From Coleofasciculus chthonoplastes F2-STO-03 (lineage in GTDB: Bacteria; Cyanobacteriota; Cyanobacteriia; Cyanobacteriales; Coleofasciculaceae), in NCBI GenBank assembly GCA_040222015.1, contig JAVJWO010000108.1:15240-79239 (forward strand): a stretch of DNA of 64,000 nt, given 5' to 3'. The notes under the pieces were generated by a model. That model made no database searches and was not told the origin of the DNA. It saw nothing but the letters and a program-made list of their open reading frames with translations. A program made the position numbers and the translations under genes. Below, piece after piece: positions 50,215 to 60,761 of this stretch. Every line of letters starts with the position of its first letter. Position 1 is the first letter of the stretch.

Positions 50215-50663
50215 TGTCACAAACCAATTGGATTCGTGTCTTAGAGGCTAATAAATTGATGCGATCGCGCCAAGAGGTGATCGCCTTTGAAACGGCGTTA
50301 GCTGAACTAGCAAAGCATCCTCAAAGCGAGGATTTACCCACCTTACATCTCATGTTCGATGATCGCTGTGAACAGCCAGAGGTCATGTTTAGTCTGCTTC
50401 ATTTTCTAGAATCCTTTGATTTACAGCAACAGCTTCAAGCATTTATTACTGTGGCGCCTCAGTTAATCGGGTTGGCTCAAGATTGGGCGAGAATCATCCA
50501 TACTCGGATTTTAAATGATGATTCGGCTTGTCGGTTGTATCGAGAGTTGTTACATTCGGTTAACTCACAACATCCAAATTTTATCCGTCAATTGCTCGAA
50601 GACAGCGCTACTGGTCATTTAACCGATCTGAATTCGCCAGGGGAGTTAATAAAACAGGTTTGA
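50214..50663 (+). CDS. Imm30-like immunity protein
   Basis: FDDRCEQPEVMFSLLHFLESF...WARIIHTRILN pattern; coupled to the upstream toxin-like gene. Confidence 0.65.
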   Translation: MSQTNWIRVLEANKLMRSRQEVIAFETALAELAKHPQSEDLPTLHLMFDDRCEQPEVMFSLLHFLESFDLQQQLQAFITVAPQLIGLAQDWARIIHTRILNDDSACRLYRELLHSVNSQHPNFIRQLLEDSATGHLTDLNSPGELIKQV

Positions 50664-50726
50664 GACAACTCAGTCTACCCTATATATATAGGAGCAACCC
50701 CTTAAAAATCCGGCATTCACCCCATC

Positions 50727-51851
50727 ATGGCACCCCGCAAACGCCGCCAAACCCAACCCCCTCCATCCCGCCTTCCTTGGGCGCCGGATACAGAATTAGT
50801 CGGACTTGTCTTAGAATTAACCGCCAACGCCCCAGACTCCCTCTATACTCAATACACCGTCGGACTCCACGCCTGGTTCTTAGATCAAGTTCGCCAAACT
50901 AACCCCCAACTCTCCGCCTATCTCCATGATGGTCAATCTGAGAAACCCTTCACCCTCTCCCGCTTAGACGGAGACTTCCTCACCTCTGGAAAAACCCTCA
51001 AACTCAAACCCGATACAACCTACCGTTGGTACATCACCGCCCTTTACCAACCCCTAACCCAATGGCTCGCCGAATGGGTTCATCACCTGCCAGATATGAT
51101 TAAGTTACGCGGTGCGGTGCTAAACATTAGCGGTTGGCACATTGCTTTAGCACCAACCACGTATCCTAACTTATCTACCCCAACCCCCACCCTACCCCAA
51201 TCCCTAAGCCTCAGCTTCCTTACCCCCACCAGCTTTCGCCGCAAGGGACACCATTTCCCCTTACCGGTTCCCAGGAATCTATTCCACAGCTATTTGCGGC
51301 GCTGGAATGATTTTTCTGATCAACCCTTTGATCAAACCGCCTTTTTAGACTGGATAGAGGAAAATGTAGTGATTCAGCGTCACCGTTTAGAATCGATGAA
51401 AGTCGCAGCCGGAAAGAAAGGAGTCGTCACCGGATTCACAGGTGCGATCGCGTTAGGACTGGACTCAGGTGCCAGCCAACACCCAGAATTTAGCCAATTA
51501 TTCCATACCTTAACCCAATTTGCCCCCTACTGCGGCACCGGACACAAAACCCCCTTTGGTTTAGGACAAACTCGCCTCGGCTGGTTATCCCCTGAAACCC
51601 CCGCCCTCCCCTCCATGGAAACCCTATTAGCCGAACGCATTAGCGAATTAACCCAACAATTTCTCGCCCAACGCCAGCGCCAGGGGGGAAATCGGGCGCA
51701 AGATATCGCCGAAACCTGGGCAACCATCTTAGCACGACGAGAAATGGGCGAATCCTTAAACGCGATCGCAGATGATCTAGAGATGCGTTATCAAACCGTT
51801 AAAACTTACGCCAAATTAGCCCGCCGTGCCATATTGAATAATCACAGATAA
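50727..51851 (+). CDS. cas6: CRISPR endoribonuclease Cas6 with C-terminal HTH extension
   Basis: LHAWFLD, LHDGQSEKPFTLS, FLTPTSFR, G-loop CGTGHKTPFGLGQ. Confidence 0.93.
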   Translation: MAPRKRRQTQPPPSRLPWAPDTELVGLVLELTANAPDSLYTQYTVGLHAWFLDQVRQTNPQLSAYLHDGQSEKPFTLSRLDGDFLTSGKTLKLKPDTTYRWYITALYQPLTQWLAEWVHHLPDMIKLRGAVLNISGWHIALAPTTYPNLSTPTPTLPQSLSLSFLTPTSFRRKGHHFPLPVPRNLFHSYLRRWNDFSDQPFDQTAFLDWIEENVVIQRHRLESMKVAAGKKGVVTGFTGAIALGLDSGASQHPEFSQLFHTLTQFAPYCGTGHKTPFGLGQTRLGWLSPETPALPSMETLLAERISELTQQFLAQRQRQGGNRAQDIAETWATILARREMGESLNAIADDLEMRYQTVKTYAKLARRAILNNHR

Positions 51852-52059
51852 CCAAACCTAAGTTCTTAATACAGCCTACAGAATTTAAGGGGTATAGAAA
51901 CCCGCGCAGGCGGGTGCAAGTTTGTGTAGCTGCGGTTTCAACCGCCCTGTGAGTTTCTTTAATTTTGTCCGACTACTTATGTATTGTAAAGTTTCAATAA
52001 GAATATAGTCAGATATCGTCATGTTGGCTAATATATACAGAGGAAACGGATAAGACTAT

Positions 52060-52250
52060 GAATTGTCCCCAAGTGCGATTGTTGTGTAATTGAGAGAATT
52101 TATGAAGAAAAAAAACAGTTATTAACCCCGAAGGGAAATATAGCAGCGATAGATTTGGGCAGAAATAGGCTGCAACTTCAAATCAACCGGATTTTACTCC
52201 TTTGTTGATTAATGGCAGAAGGTTAAAAAGCCTAAATAAATTTTAGAACC
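52060..52250 (+). pseudogene. tnpB: Degraded IS200/IS605 tnpB remnant
   Basis: Broken frames give IAAIDLG (RuvC-I) and TSNQPDFTPLLINGRRLKSLNKF*. Confidence 0.6.
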
Positions 52251-52456
52251 AAAGTTCCTAGAATATTTGAGGAAAAGCATTCCCAAATGCGTTTAACCGC
52301 TATGGGATAGAGAGGTGCGTAGTTCACCCAAGGAGAATTAATCAAGGAGAATTAATCTCTCAAAGTAAAAGCGAAGGGAATTTCTGAAATGAAATTCAGT
52401 CTATCTATATTTGACTATACTTTTACAAACTATAATATTTAGGCAGTTCAGGGGCA

Positions 52457-54058
52457 ATGGATGGATTGAATTCTTCCTCCTCCACACAAGCAGAACGGTT
52501 TCGGCGGCTTCAGAGTCAGTTGCGCGATCGCTCGTCTGGTATTGATCTGTTTGACCAGGACGATCGCGACATCTTGGTGGTGCCGTCTGTTACTGTGGAT
52601 CAACGGGAATTGGCGAAGATTCCTGGTTTTCTGCACTATGAGGAACGGCTGTTATTTTCCCTGATTCGCCTACGCAATCCTCGCACCCGCCTGATTTATG
52701 TGACGGCGGTACCGCTATCGCCGATAGTGATTGATTATTACTTACAACTTTTACCGGGCATCCCTTTTTCTCACGCTCGTGAGCGTTTGATGCTCCTCTC
52801 CACTTATGACGCCTCACTCAAACCCCTGAGCCAAAAAATATTAGAACGTCCCCGGCTAATGGCGCGAATTCGTCAGGCGCTGCGTCCGCACAAGTCGTAC
52901 ATGGTCTGTTATAATTCCACCCAGCTTGAGCGAGAATTATCGGTAAAACTGGGTCTACCGCTTCTCGCACCTGACCCCGATTTACTCCACTGGGGCACCA
53001 AGAGTGGGAGTCGGGAAATTTTTAAACTCAGTGATGTTCCCCATCCCGATGGCTGGGAAACGCTGTGGACAGTGGACGAGTTAGTAGAAGCGGCGGCTGT
53101 GTTGTGGGAAAGTCATCCCTACTTAAAGCGGATGGTGATTAAACTCAATGAAGGCTTTTCGGGGGAAGGAAATGCGATTCTGGATTTGAGAAAAATCCCC
53201 GACGCAGCACCAGGGAAAGCATCCCATGAGCAACGAGTTGCAGCTATCCACAAAGACTTAGAACATTTAGGCTTTCAGGCAAATAATGAAACCTGGACTG
53301 AATTTTCCAGTCGCATCCCAGAGTTAGGCGTGATTGTCGAGGTATTTATTGAAGGAGAGAATAAGCGATCGCCCAGTGTGCAAGGGTATATTACCCCGAA
53401 TGGTCAGGTAAAGATACTCTCCACCCATGATCAAATTTTAGGCGGTCCAGACGGTCAGATTTATCTAGGATGTCGATTTCCCGCCGATGAAGGCTATCGC
53501 TTACCCTTACAACAGATGGGAATTAAAGTGGGAGAAGCCTTGGCAGAAAAAGGTGCGATCGAGCGGTATGGCGTGGATTTTGTCGCTGTTCACCAGCCGG
53601 AGAAGGGGGAGAATGTTTGGGAGTTACAGGCGATCGAAATTAACTTACGCAAAGGGGGAACCACCCATCCGTTTATGTCGCTGCGGTATTTAACCAATGG
53701 TCATTACGACGCCTCAACGGGTTTATTTCACAGTCAGCAAGGTCGCCAGAAATATTATATCGCTACCGATAATTTACAACGGGATCATTACCGAGGGTTA
53801 ATGCCTAATGATCTGATGGATATTATCACCCATTATCGCCTGCATTTTGATAGCAGTACCCGGACTGGCAATGTATTTCATCTGATGGGTGCCCTCTCCG
53901 AGTTCGGCAAACTGGGATTAACCTGTATTGGTGATTCCCCTCCAGAAGCGGAGGCATTTTATAACCAGGTGATGCAAGTGTTGGATCACGAAACCACCGG
54001 GACAGATAATGACCAGTTTTCTTATCCCTGTGAACCAATTTCTTGGTGTTCTAAGTGA
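52457..54058 (+). CDS. Peptide ligase PGM1-related (ATP-grasp) protein
   Basis: HYEERLLF, WGTKSGSR, KLNEGFSGEGN, SPSVQ, GVDF, IEINLRKGGTTHP. Confidence 0.8.
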   Translation: MDGLNSSSSTQAERFRRLQSQLRDRSSGIDLFDQDDRDILVVPSVTVDQRELAKIPGFLHYEERLLFSLIRLRNPRTRLIYVTAVPLSPIVIDYYLQLLPGIPFSHARERLMLLSTYDASLKPLSQKILERPRLMARIRQALRPHKSYMVCYNSTQLERELSVKLGLPLLAPDPDLLHWGTKSGSREIFKLSDVPHPDGWETLWTVDELVEAAAVLWESHPYLKRMVIKLNEGFSGEGNAILDLRKIPDAAPGKASHEQRVAAIHKDLEHLGFQANNETWTEFSSRIPELGVIVEVFIEGENKRSPSVQGYITPNGQVKILSTHDQILGGPDGQIYLGCRFPADEGYRLPLQQMGIKVGEALAEKGAIERYGVDFVAVHQPEKGENVWELQAIEINLRKGGTTHPFMSLRYLTNGHYDASTGLFHSQQGRQKYYIATDNLQRDHYRGLMPNDLMDIITHYRLHFDSSTRTGNVFHLMGALSEFGKLGLTCIGDSPPEAEAFYNQVMQVLDHETTGTDNDQFSYPCEPISWCSK

Positions 54059-54660
54059 GATCGAATCCCCTTGACTGCACACAGATGCGGCTTTCAAATC
54101 CCAGACGATCTGATTCATCCCGCAGTTCGCAAAGCCTTAGAAACAGTATCATTCTGAATACTCTGATAGCTGATACCAGAAATCCTGCAAAGATGAAGCT
54201 CGATAGCCAATACAATTGGATGCTGACCTTGATTAGGGTTAGTTTTGCGTGCCAATACAGCACGGTAGAGATCCCCCCAAACCCCCCCTTTAAAAGGCTG
54301 ACAGGTGTAGGTTTTTTATTTTAGGGTTGAGATAAGACAAGGGGGACAAGGTGACAAGAAGACAAGGGAGGAAAACCGTACAGAATCATGTTCGGTCAAG
54401 CTAACTGTAAAAAGCCGAAACGCCCTGTTTTTCGTGAAAACTCTTCCTTGTCTACTGGTCTACTTTCCAACCTTTACTCACCTGAACCCCAATCTTTAAA
54501 AACCTACCCTTGTGAGCCCTTAAAAAGGGGGGCTTACTTTGGGTTCAGGTTAACGAGAGTAGGTTGGGTTGGTTCCTGTCCCCAACAAGCACGGGTTAGC
54601 TTGGATATTATCTGCTATCCCTGAAAACAGCAAAGGCTCGATCAGGATAAAACCAATTCC

Positions 54661-55014
54661 TCAACCAAAGGTTGTACCGTTCCACCCCCACATACTACCC
54701 TTGGCATCAGCGAATTCAATATAAATTCGCTTAATCGGCACACCTAGCTTTTCACTAATCACCTGGCAAAAGTCTTGACTCATTGCTTGAGTTTGGGCTG
54801 GATTCATCGTGCCAATATTTTTGACTTCCATGTAGCAGGTTGGCTCAACCGTACCACCGAAGGTCATCGATACACTATCTTCAAATGCCGTCATCACGTA
54901 TGATTCCGGCTTGCCGACATGCTGGGCTAGCTTACCAGACAGAATTTTCAGCAAACCTTCAACCAGGGTAGGTTCTAGATTACTGACAGAGGATTGAACT
55001 TTAATCAGAGGCAT
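54661..55014 (-). CDS. MIF/phenylpyruvate tautomerase family protein
   Basis: N-terminal MPLI, GKPESYVM, RIYIEF, WGWNGTTF. Confidence 0.9.
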   Translation of the reverse strand: MPLIKVQSSVSNLEPTLVEGLLKILSGKLAQHVGKPESYVMTAFEDSVSMTFGGTVEPTCYMEVKNIGTMNPAQTQAMSQDFCQVISEKLGVPIKRIYIEFADAKGSMWGWNGTTFG

Positions 55015-55285
55015 AGGCTTACTTTTTCAATTTCAATTTTAGGACTTAGGCAAAGGCTCTATCGGTAGGGTGTGTTAGCGTAGTGTAACGCACCTTAACC
55101 AATATATATGGTGTGGCTGCGTAAGTCCTGAATTTACGCGATCGGTGGGCAAGAGTAACAAACGAGAATAGAAGGGTGTTTGAATTTATAATTCTTGCCC
55201 ACCCTACATCAAATTGGCTTACCCTTGACGGCTACCCTATCCGAGTTAGCACGATTTGAGCTGGGCAGAAACTGGGGTTCAGTCT

Positions 55286-55768
55286 CTAGCCACCATATTG
55301 CCAACCAGTGCTTTCGAGTAAAAGTGGTTCTCCTTCCCGATGAATACCTGCAGCAATCACTTCACCCACATAAACACTGTGATCTCCCTTTTCCACCGAA
55401 TCGATTACTTTACATTCGATGTAACCGAGAGAATCAGAAATGATTGGACAGCCTGTGGCTTCTCCTTCATAAAAATCCACATCCGCGAACTTATTCCCAA
55501 CCCGGCTTTGGGGTTTAAAGAATTTCGCCGCCATGTCTTTTTGTCCACGTTCTAGGAAGCTGATGCTGAACACACCATTTTTTTTCAGCATTTCGTGAGA
55601 ACCTGTCTCTCTCTTAATACAATTAACCACCAGTGGCGGTTCAAACGAAGACTGCATCAGCCAACTTACGGTGAAACCGTTTAAGTTATCATCATCTTTG
55701 ACGCCGCAGATATACAGACCATGCGGAATCTTACGCAGCATCGTTTTTTTCGCTCGTTCGTCTAGCAA
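55286..55768 (-). CDS. Flavin reductase family protein
   Basis: NGFTVSW..QSSFEPPLV, GDHSVYVGEV. Confidence 0.9.
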   Translation of the reverse strand: MLDERAKKTMLRKIPHGLYICGVKDDDNLNGFTVSWLMQSSFEPPLVVNCIKRETGSHEMLKKNGVFSISFLERGQKDMAAKFFKPQSRVGNKFADVDFYEGEATGCPIISDSLGYIECKVIDSVEKGDHSVYVGEVIAAGIHREGEPLLLESTGWQYGG

Positions 55769-55892
55769 GGCATCCTCTCCCTAGTTGCACAGATATGGCA
55801 TTCAGTTTACCAAGAGGTAGGGGGTTTTGGGTGCGAGCGATACTAATGTAGAGACGTAGCATGCTACGTCTGGGAGCAAAGGTAGCGATAAG

Positions 55893-56285
55893 CTAATGAG
55901 AACGCCAGGGTTTGCGAACTCGACCTAAAATCCCTTTGCGTGAGAAATTCTGCTTAAACTGCTTAAATTCACCCGCATCTAACCAGACGCCGTGACACTG
56001 GGGACATTTTTCATACCAGATACTATATCGATCAATGTCAATCATGCGAAACATCTTTGCACCACAGCGAGGACAGTACACATCCTTATCCACTTCATCA
56101 AAGTGATGTCCTGTTTCTGGATCTCCAATGTCCAAACTCTCAGAATCTTTAATCCGCTTGAGTTTTTCAGCTTCTAGAGAATCAAACCAAATCCCTTTGC
56201 AGTTACAGCAGCGATCGACTTCTATGCCACCATGGGTGATAGACTCTAATTTGGCATCACATTTAGGACAAACGGTTGGCTTCAT
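55893..56285 (-). CDS. zf-TFIIB (Zn-ribbon) domain protein
   Basis: Two CPxC...CxxCxGxWxDxxE repeats. Confidence 0.85.
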   Translation of the reverse strand: MKPTVCPKCDAKLESITHGGIEVDRCCNCKGIWFDSLEAEKLKRIKDSESLDIGDPETGHHFDEVDKDVYCPRCGAKMFRMIDIDRYSIWYEKCPQCHGVWLDAGEFKQFKQNFSRKGILGRVRKPWRSH

Positions 56286-56411
56286 CAGGAAATGGGGAAC
56301 AGGGAACAGGCAATATCATCACTATACTCACAGGGAATTTTAACGCCATCGTTAGCCTGTTGAGTTTCGCCTACGCTCTACCCAGCCTAGTCGGGTTGGT
56401 TTAGCTTTCTT

Positions 56412-56774
56412 AGCCGGAAGCCCCACACCATACCTGAGTGCAGGTTGGTGTTGGGATGGATAGGCGGTCAATACAGCTTGAATATACTACCTTAGTAATA
56501 TACAGGTTAATCAAATAAAGCTAATCGCTTCCTGTATATTGAACCAAGACAACCTGGCATAGCGGGTTCCGTCCAGAAACAGGCTACACGTAGTCGCATC
56601 TGTGGACGGGTAAAATTCCAGCAGCTACATTGGTGTTGAACATTTTTGTATTGTTCCGGCGCGGTGGGGCATCCCGTGCCGTTAATAAAGCTCAGTTAAT
56701 GTCCTAACCAATAGGTGGAGTCGCTGAGAAGCCCACATCATATATCTTTTTGATTTGATGTGGGAGTATGTCAC
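56412..56774 (+). mobile_element. Non-autonomous IS200/IS605-like element
   Basis: Left-end-like GGAAGCCCCACACC...GGTGTTGGGATGG hairpin; right-end-like GAGAAGCCCACATCA...TGATGTGGGAGTATGTCAC ending in TCAC; no intact ORF. Confidence 0.6.
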
Positions 56775-57729
56775 CCAGCCGTATCCAGTTCCCCGCCGTC
56801 TGATCCGTGGTGGCGATCGCAGCGCCATCGGCTACAGTATCCACAACCCGATATCCTAAACCCGAACCCGATCGCACATTCAAGGGACTCCCATTCGTCG
56901 TCACCAGGGCTGTATCCGTCGCTACAGTTCCACCCCCGATCCAGCGAGAAGCGACCCAGTTACCATTCGCTAGTTGAGACCAACCACTAACGCTACGACC
57001 ACTTAGATTAACTGTTCGATTATCGGCTACCGTACCCACCACGCCATACCCCAAACCGGGACCCGATCGCACATTTAGCGGACTCCCATTGGTCTTGACA
57101 AAGGCGGTATTCGTCACAGGCGTCCCACCTCCCCCATTATCACCATATAAGGCGGTTAACGTCGTCGGTCCAGCAATCCCATCCGGCGTCAATCCCTCAG
57201 ACACCTGAACCGTTCTCACGGCGGCTTCGGTGAGGCGACCATAATAGCCAGTGACCGGTCCGTTATAAACCCCAACCTCTTGCAATCGATTTTGTAGATT
57301 GGTTACCCCTGTCCCCGTACTACCGGGGCGCAAGACAGCGGATGGCACACCACTACCACCATTCTCACCTCGTACCCAGCGAGAAGCGACCCAGTTGCCA
57401 TTGCTGAGTTGAGACCAGCCATCGGCATCAAGACCACTGAGATTAATAGTAGTGCCATTGGCGAGAGTGCTAACCACGCCATACCCTAAACCGGGACCCG
57501 ATCGCACATTTAGGGGACTGCCATTGGTATTAACCACAGCCGCCCAAGCGCTACTGGTTAAGCTTAATGAAGACAGTGCGATCGCCAAGGCTAGTCCCTG
57601 AATCCAGGCTAAACTCGGTAGTTGAACGTGAAACTCTGACTCCCAGACCAACCCATCAGCACTCGGTTGGGAGTGGGGAGTCATGTCATCGGCTTGGGCG
57701 GAGAAATGGGTATAGGCTAGGGTTTCCAT
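56704..57729 (-). CDS. SH3b-repeat and peptidoglycan-binding domain protein, C-terminus truncated by the IS-like element
   Basis: Three TNGSPLNVRSG repeats and a PG_binding_1-like LRPGSTG...LQNRL...GLTPDGIAGP segment; the last ~22 aa derive from the IS end. Confidence 0.8.
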   Translation of the reverse strand: METLAYTHFSAQADDMTPHSQPSADGLVWESEFHVQLPSLAWIQGLALAIALSSLSLTSSAWAAVVNTNGSPLNVRSGPGLGYGVVSTLANGTTINLSGLDADGWSQLSNGNWVASRWVRGENGGSGVPSAVLRPGSTGTGVTNLQNRLQEVGVYNGPVTGYYGRLTEAAVRTVQVSEGLTPDGIAGPTTLTALYGDNGGGGTPVTNTAFVKTNGSPLNVRSGPGLGYGVVGTVADNRTVNLSGRSVSGWSQLANGNWVASRWIGGGTVATDTALVTTNGSPLNVRSGSGLGYRVVDTVADGAAIATTDQTAGNWIRLGDILPHQIKKIYDVGFSATPPIG

Positions 57730-57773
57730 CAGAATACCTCACGGTTTGTTTATCGCAGTGATGAACCTTTAAG

Positions 57774-57815
57774 ATCGTCATTCGTCATTCGTCATTCGTC
57801 ATTCGTCCTTCGTCC
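57774..57815 (+). repeat. Heptamer tandem repeat (TTCGTCA)n, STRR-like
   Basis: tcgtcattcgtcattcgtcattcgtcattcgtccttcgtcc. Confidence 0.8.
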
Positions 57816-58261
57816 TTTGTAAGGGTTTGAGGCTTGTTGACAAAACTTAGTAGGGTGTCTTTTGTCCGACGACTTACAGAAGTAGTTGGGGATAGCGAAA
57901 CGACGACGGCTGGGTTCATCTAATATAATTTTATAATTTTCTTTTCTAGTAGTATTATTAAGGATAATTAAGTAAAGTCGGGGCGGGCGCGAGTTACATC
58001 TGGGTGTAACCAAAAAGATAGTAGTGAAACCCGCCCCTACACAATCTCCCAGACGTTCTACCAGAACGTCTCTACAACCCCATCTTCCCCAGCTTCCCCA
58101 GCTTCCCCAGCTTCCCCAGCTTCCCCAGCTTCCCCTGCTTCCCCTACTCTCTAACCCCATCACAACACTTATTCAGCAGCCCCTATTTATTTGTCGTCGG
58201 AGGGGAATGGAGACTATAGTAACGGTTAGCTCCTCTGTATCTATTACGCATTCTTACTCTT

Positions 58262-59329
58262 ATGGCTACTGCCACTTGGACTCGCCGCCATGTCCTTTCC
58301 CTGGAAGATTTTACATCGGCTGAATACGATACCCTCTTACAAACCGCCGCAAGCTGTCGGGAAGTTCTCTCCCGGCGCACCAAAAAAGTCCCGGCTTTGC
58401 AAGGTCATGTGGTGGCGAATATGTTTTTTGAACCCTCAACCCGCACCCGCAGTAGTTTTGAACTCGCAGCAAAACGATTGAGTGCGGATACATTGAATTT
58501 TGCACCAGGAACCTCATCCTTGACCAAAGGAGAAACCATTCTCGACACCGCCAAAACCTATTTAGCCATGGGAGCTGATATGATGGTGATTCGCCATCGA
58601 GAAGCAGGAGTCCCCCATGCGATCGCCCAGGAAATGGATCGCCTGGAAACGAATGTCGGTATCTTGAATGCGGGAGATGGTCAGCATGAACATCCCTCCC
58701 AGGCGTTGCTGGATTTATTTACCATTACGTCCCTATTAGACTTTGAGTATCCTCGCCTGAAACTCTTGGCAGACAAAAAAATTGCCATTGTCGGCGATAT
58801 CGTCCATTCACGGGTTGCTCGTTCTAATATTTGGAGTCTGACAGCGAGTGGCGCTGAGGTTCATTTAGCCGGTCCACCCACATTAGTCCCCCAAGAGTTT
58901 GCTGAGTATGTCCAGGGAACTGGAGAGCTTGTAGAGACGAGCCATGGCACGTCTGGATCGGGGGAGAAAAAAGAGAATTTTTCCCAATCCCCAATCCCCA
59001 ATCGGCGGCTATTCTTGCATTGGAATGTCGAACCGGCGCTCAAAGATGCCGATTTTGTCATGACCCTACGGCTGCAAAAAGAACGCATGACCGCCCATCT
59101 ATTGCCCAGTTTGCGAGAATATCATCAACGGTATGGGATTACACGCGATCGCTTAAAACTTTGCCATCCGGGAGTCAAAATTCTCCACCCCGGACCGGTC
59201 AATCGCGGCGTGGAAATTAGTTCCGAGTTAATGGATGATCCAGAATTCAGTTTAATTTCTCAACAGGTAACTAGTGGTGTGGCGGTACGAATGGCGCTGC
59301 TTTATCTGATGGGAAGTGGGAAGTCTTGA
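58262..59329 (+). CDS. pyrB: Aspartate carbamoyltransferase catalytic subunit
   Basis: [54 protein letters not shown]. Confidence 0.97.
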   Translation: MATATWTRRHVLSLEDFTSAEYDTLLQTAASCREVLSRRTKKVPALQGHVVANMFFEPSTRTRSSFELAAKRLSADTLNFAPGTSSLTKGETILDTAKTYLAMGADMMVIRHREAGVPHAIAQEMDRLETNVGILNAGDGQHEHPSQALLDLFTITSLLDFEYPRLKLLADKKIAIVGDIVHSRVARSNIWSLTASGAEVHLAGPPTLVPQEFAEYVQGTGELVETSHGTSGSGEKKENFSQSPIPNRRLFLHWNVEPALKDADFVMTLRLQKERMTAHLLPSLREYHQRYGITRDRLKLCHPGVKILHPGPVNRGVEISSELMDDPEFSLISQQVTSGVAVRMALLYLMGSGKS

Positions 59330-59498
59330 CATTTGTCATTCGTCTTACCTATACATCGAGGACTTGTAGGGGCGACCCGCTTGCATCAATTAACCACACT
59401 AGTCCCTTCAATGAAATCGGGTCGCCCTTCAATGGCGGCGAAGGACTTTAAACGTACAACAACCTGATACCATTAGTGATTTAAATAATTACAAAGAA

Positions 59499-60602
59499 TC
59501 AGGTAATCGCTTGTTGGCTGTGCTTGTCAAACAGGTGAAACTGAGACCGATCAAACGCCACACTAATTGATTGTCCCACAGTCATGCGCGATCGCGGATC
59601 GACTCTGGCGATAAATTCGTGATTGCTTGGCGTTGTCAGATAGACAATGATTTCATTCCCCATCATTTCCGTAACGGATACTGTCGCTTTGATAGAAGCT
59701 GGACGAATATCTGGGGGAATATAGTCAGGATCATGGATATTTTCCGGGCGAATGCCAAAGATAACCTCTTCTCCTGAATAATGTTGATAAAATAGGGCTT
59801 TGTCTGGAGGAATATGGATTTCAAATGAGTCTGTTTTTAAGTACAGATTATCCTCTTTACTAATTAATTTAGCCTCAAAAAAATTCATCGCTGGGGAGCC
59901 AATAAAACCCGCGACAAAGACATTATTCGGATAATTGTACAGCTTTTGGGGGGTATCAATTTGCTGCAAGACGCCATGATTCATCACTGCAATCCGGCTT
60001 CCCATGGTCATCGCTTCCACTTGGTCATGGGTGACATAAATAAACGTGGTGCCTAATTCGTTATGCAATTTATTAATTTCTGCTCGCGCCTGTACCCGTA
60101 ATTTCGCATCTAAATTGGATAACGGTTCATCCATTAAAAAGACAGCCGGATTGCGAACAATAGCGCGACCCACCGCAACTCGCTGGCGTTGTCCTCCGGA
60201 GAGTTCTTTGGGTTTGCGGGACAGTAAATGGTCAATTCCTAATTGCTTGGCGGCACTTTCAACATGGGTTTTAATTTCGCCTTTACGCTTCCCTTGCAAC
60301 TCTAAGCTAAATGCCATATTTTCATAGACAGACATGTGAGGATACAGGGCGTAAGATTGGAAAACCATGGCAATATCCCGGTCTTTGGGCGGAATCTCAT
60401 TGACTCGCTGATCGCCAATATAAATACTGCCTTGGGTGATATCCTCAAGTCCCGCCAGCATCCGCAGGGAGGTGGTTTTTCCGCAGCCAGAGGGACCGAC
60501 AAATACAAGAAATTCACCATCGTCAATGGTCAGATTTAAATCATTGACCGCGATAAAATCAGCAAATTTTTTACTGACGTCTTCAAAAACAACATTAGCC
60601 AT
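59499..60602 (-). CDS. Sugar ABC transporter ATP-binding protein (MalK/GgtA-like)
   Basis: GPSGCGKT, LSGGQRQR, DEPLSNLDAKLR, TOBE-like C-terminus. Confidence 0.93.
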   Translation of the reverse strand: MANVVFEDVSKKFADFIAVNDLNLTIDDGEFLVFVGPSGCGKTTSLRMLAGLEDITQGSIYIGDQRVNEIPPKDRDIAMVFQSYALYPHMSVYENMAFSLELQGKRKGEIKTHVESAAKQLGIDHLLSRKPKELSGGQRQRVAVGRAIVRNPAVFLMDEPLSNLDAKLRVQARAEINKLHNELGTTFIYVTHDQVEAMTMGSRIAVMNHGVLQQIDTPQKLYNYPNNVFVAGFIGSPAMNFFEAKLISKEDNLYLKTDSFEIHIPPDKALFYQHYSGEEVIFGIRPENIHDPDYIPPDIRPASIKATVSVTEMMGNEIIVYLTTPSNHEFIARVDPRSRMTVGQSISVAFDRSQFHLFDKHSQQAIT

Positions 60603-60761
60603 TTGAGAATCTGAATTGGTAATTTAGCCGTAGATGTCCCAGGTTGATTATTAAAGTCTAAAAAATTGCTTGATTAATAGTCTAACTGACTTGATTATTA
60701 ATTGACACTCTTTCAAACTCGACGCCGCTTCTTCCCTGTTCCCTGTTCCCTGCTTAAGACA

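Noticed and set aside
57792..58323. ORFs with GSW/PQL repeats (also 25252-25470)
   Set aside because: Translations of nonamer tandem repeats and REP elements, not genuine genes.
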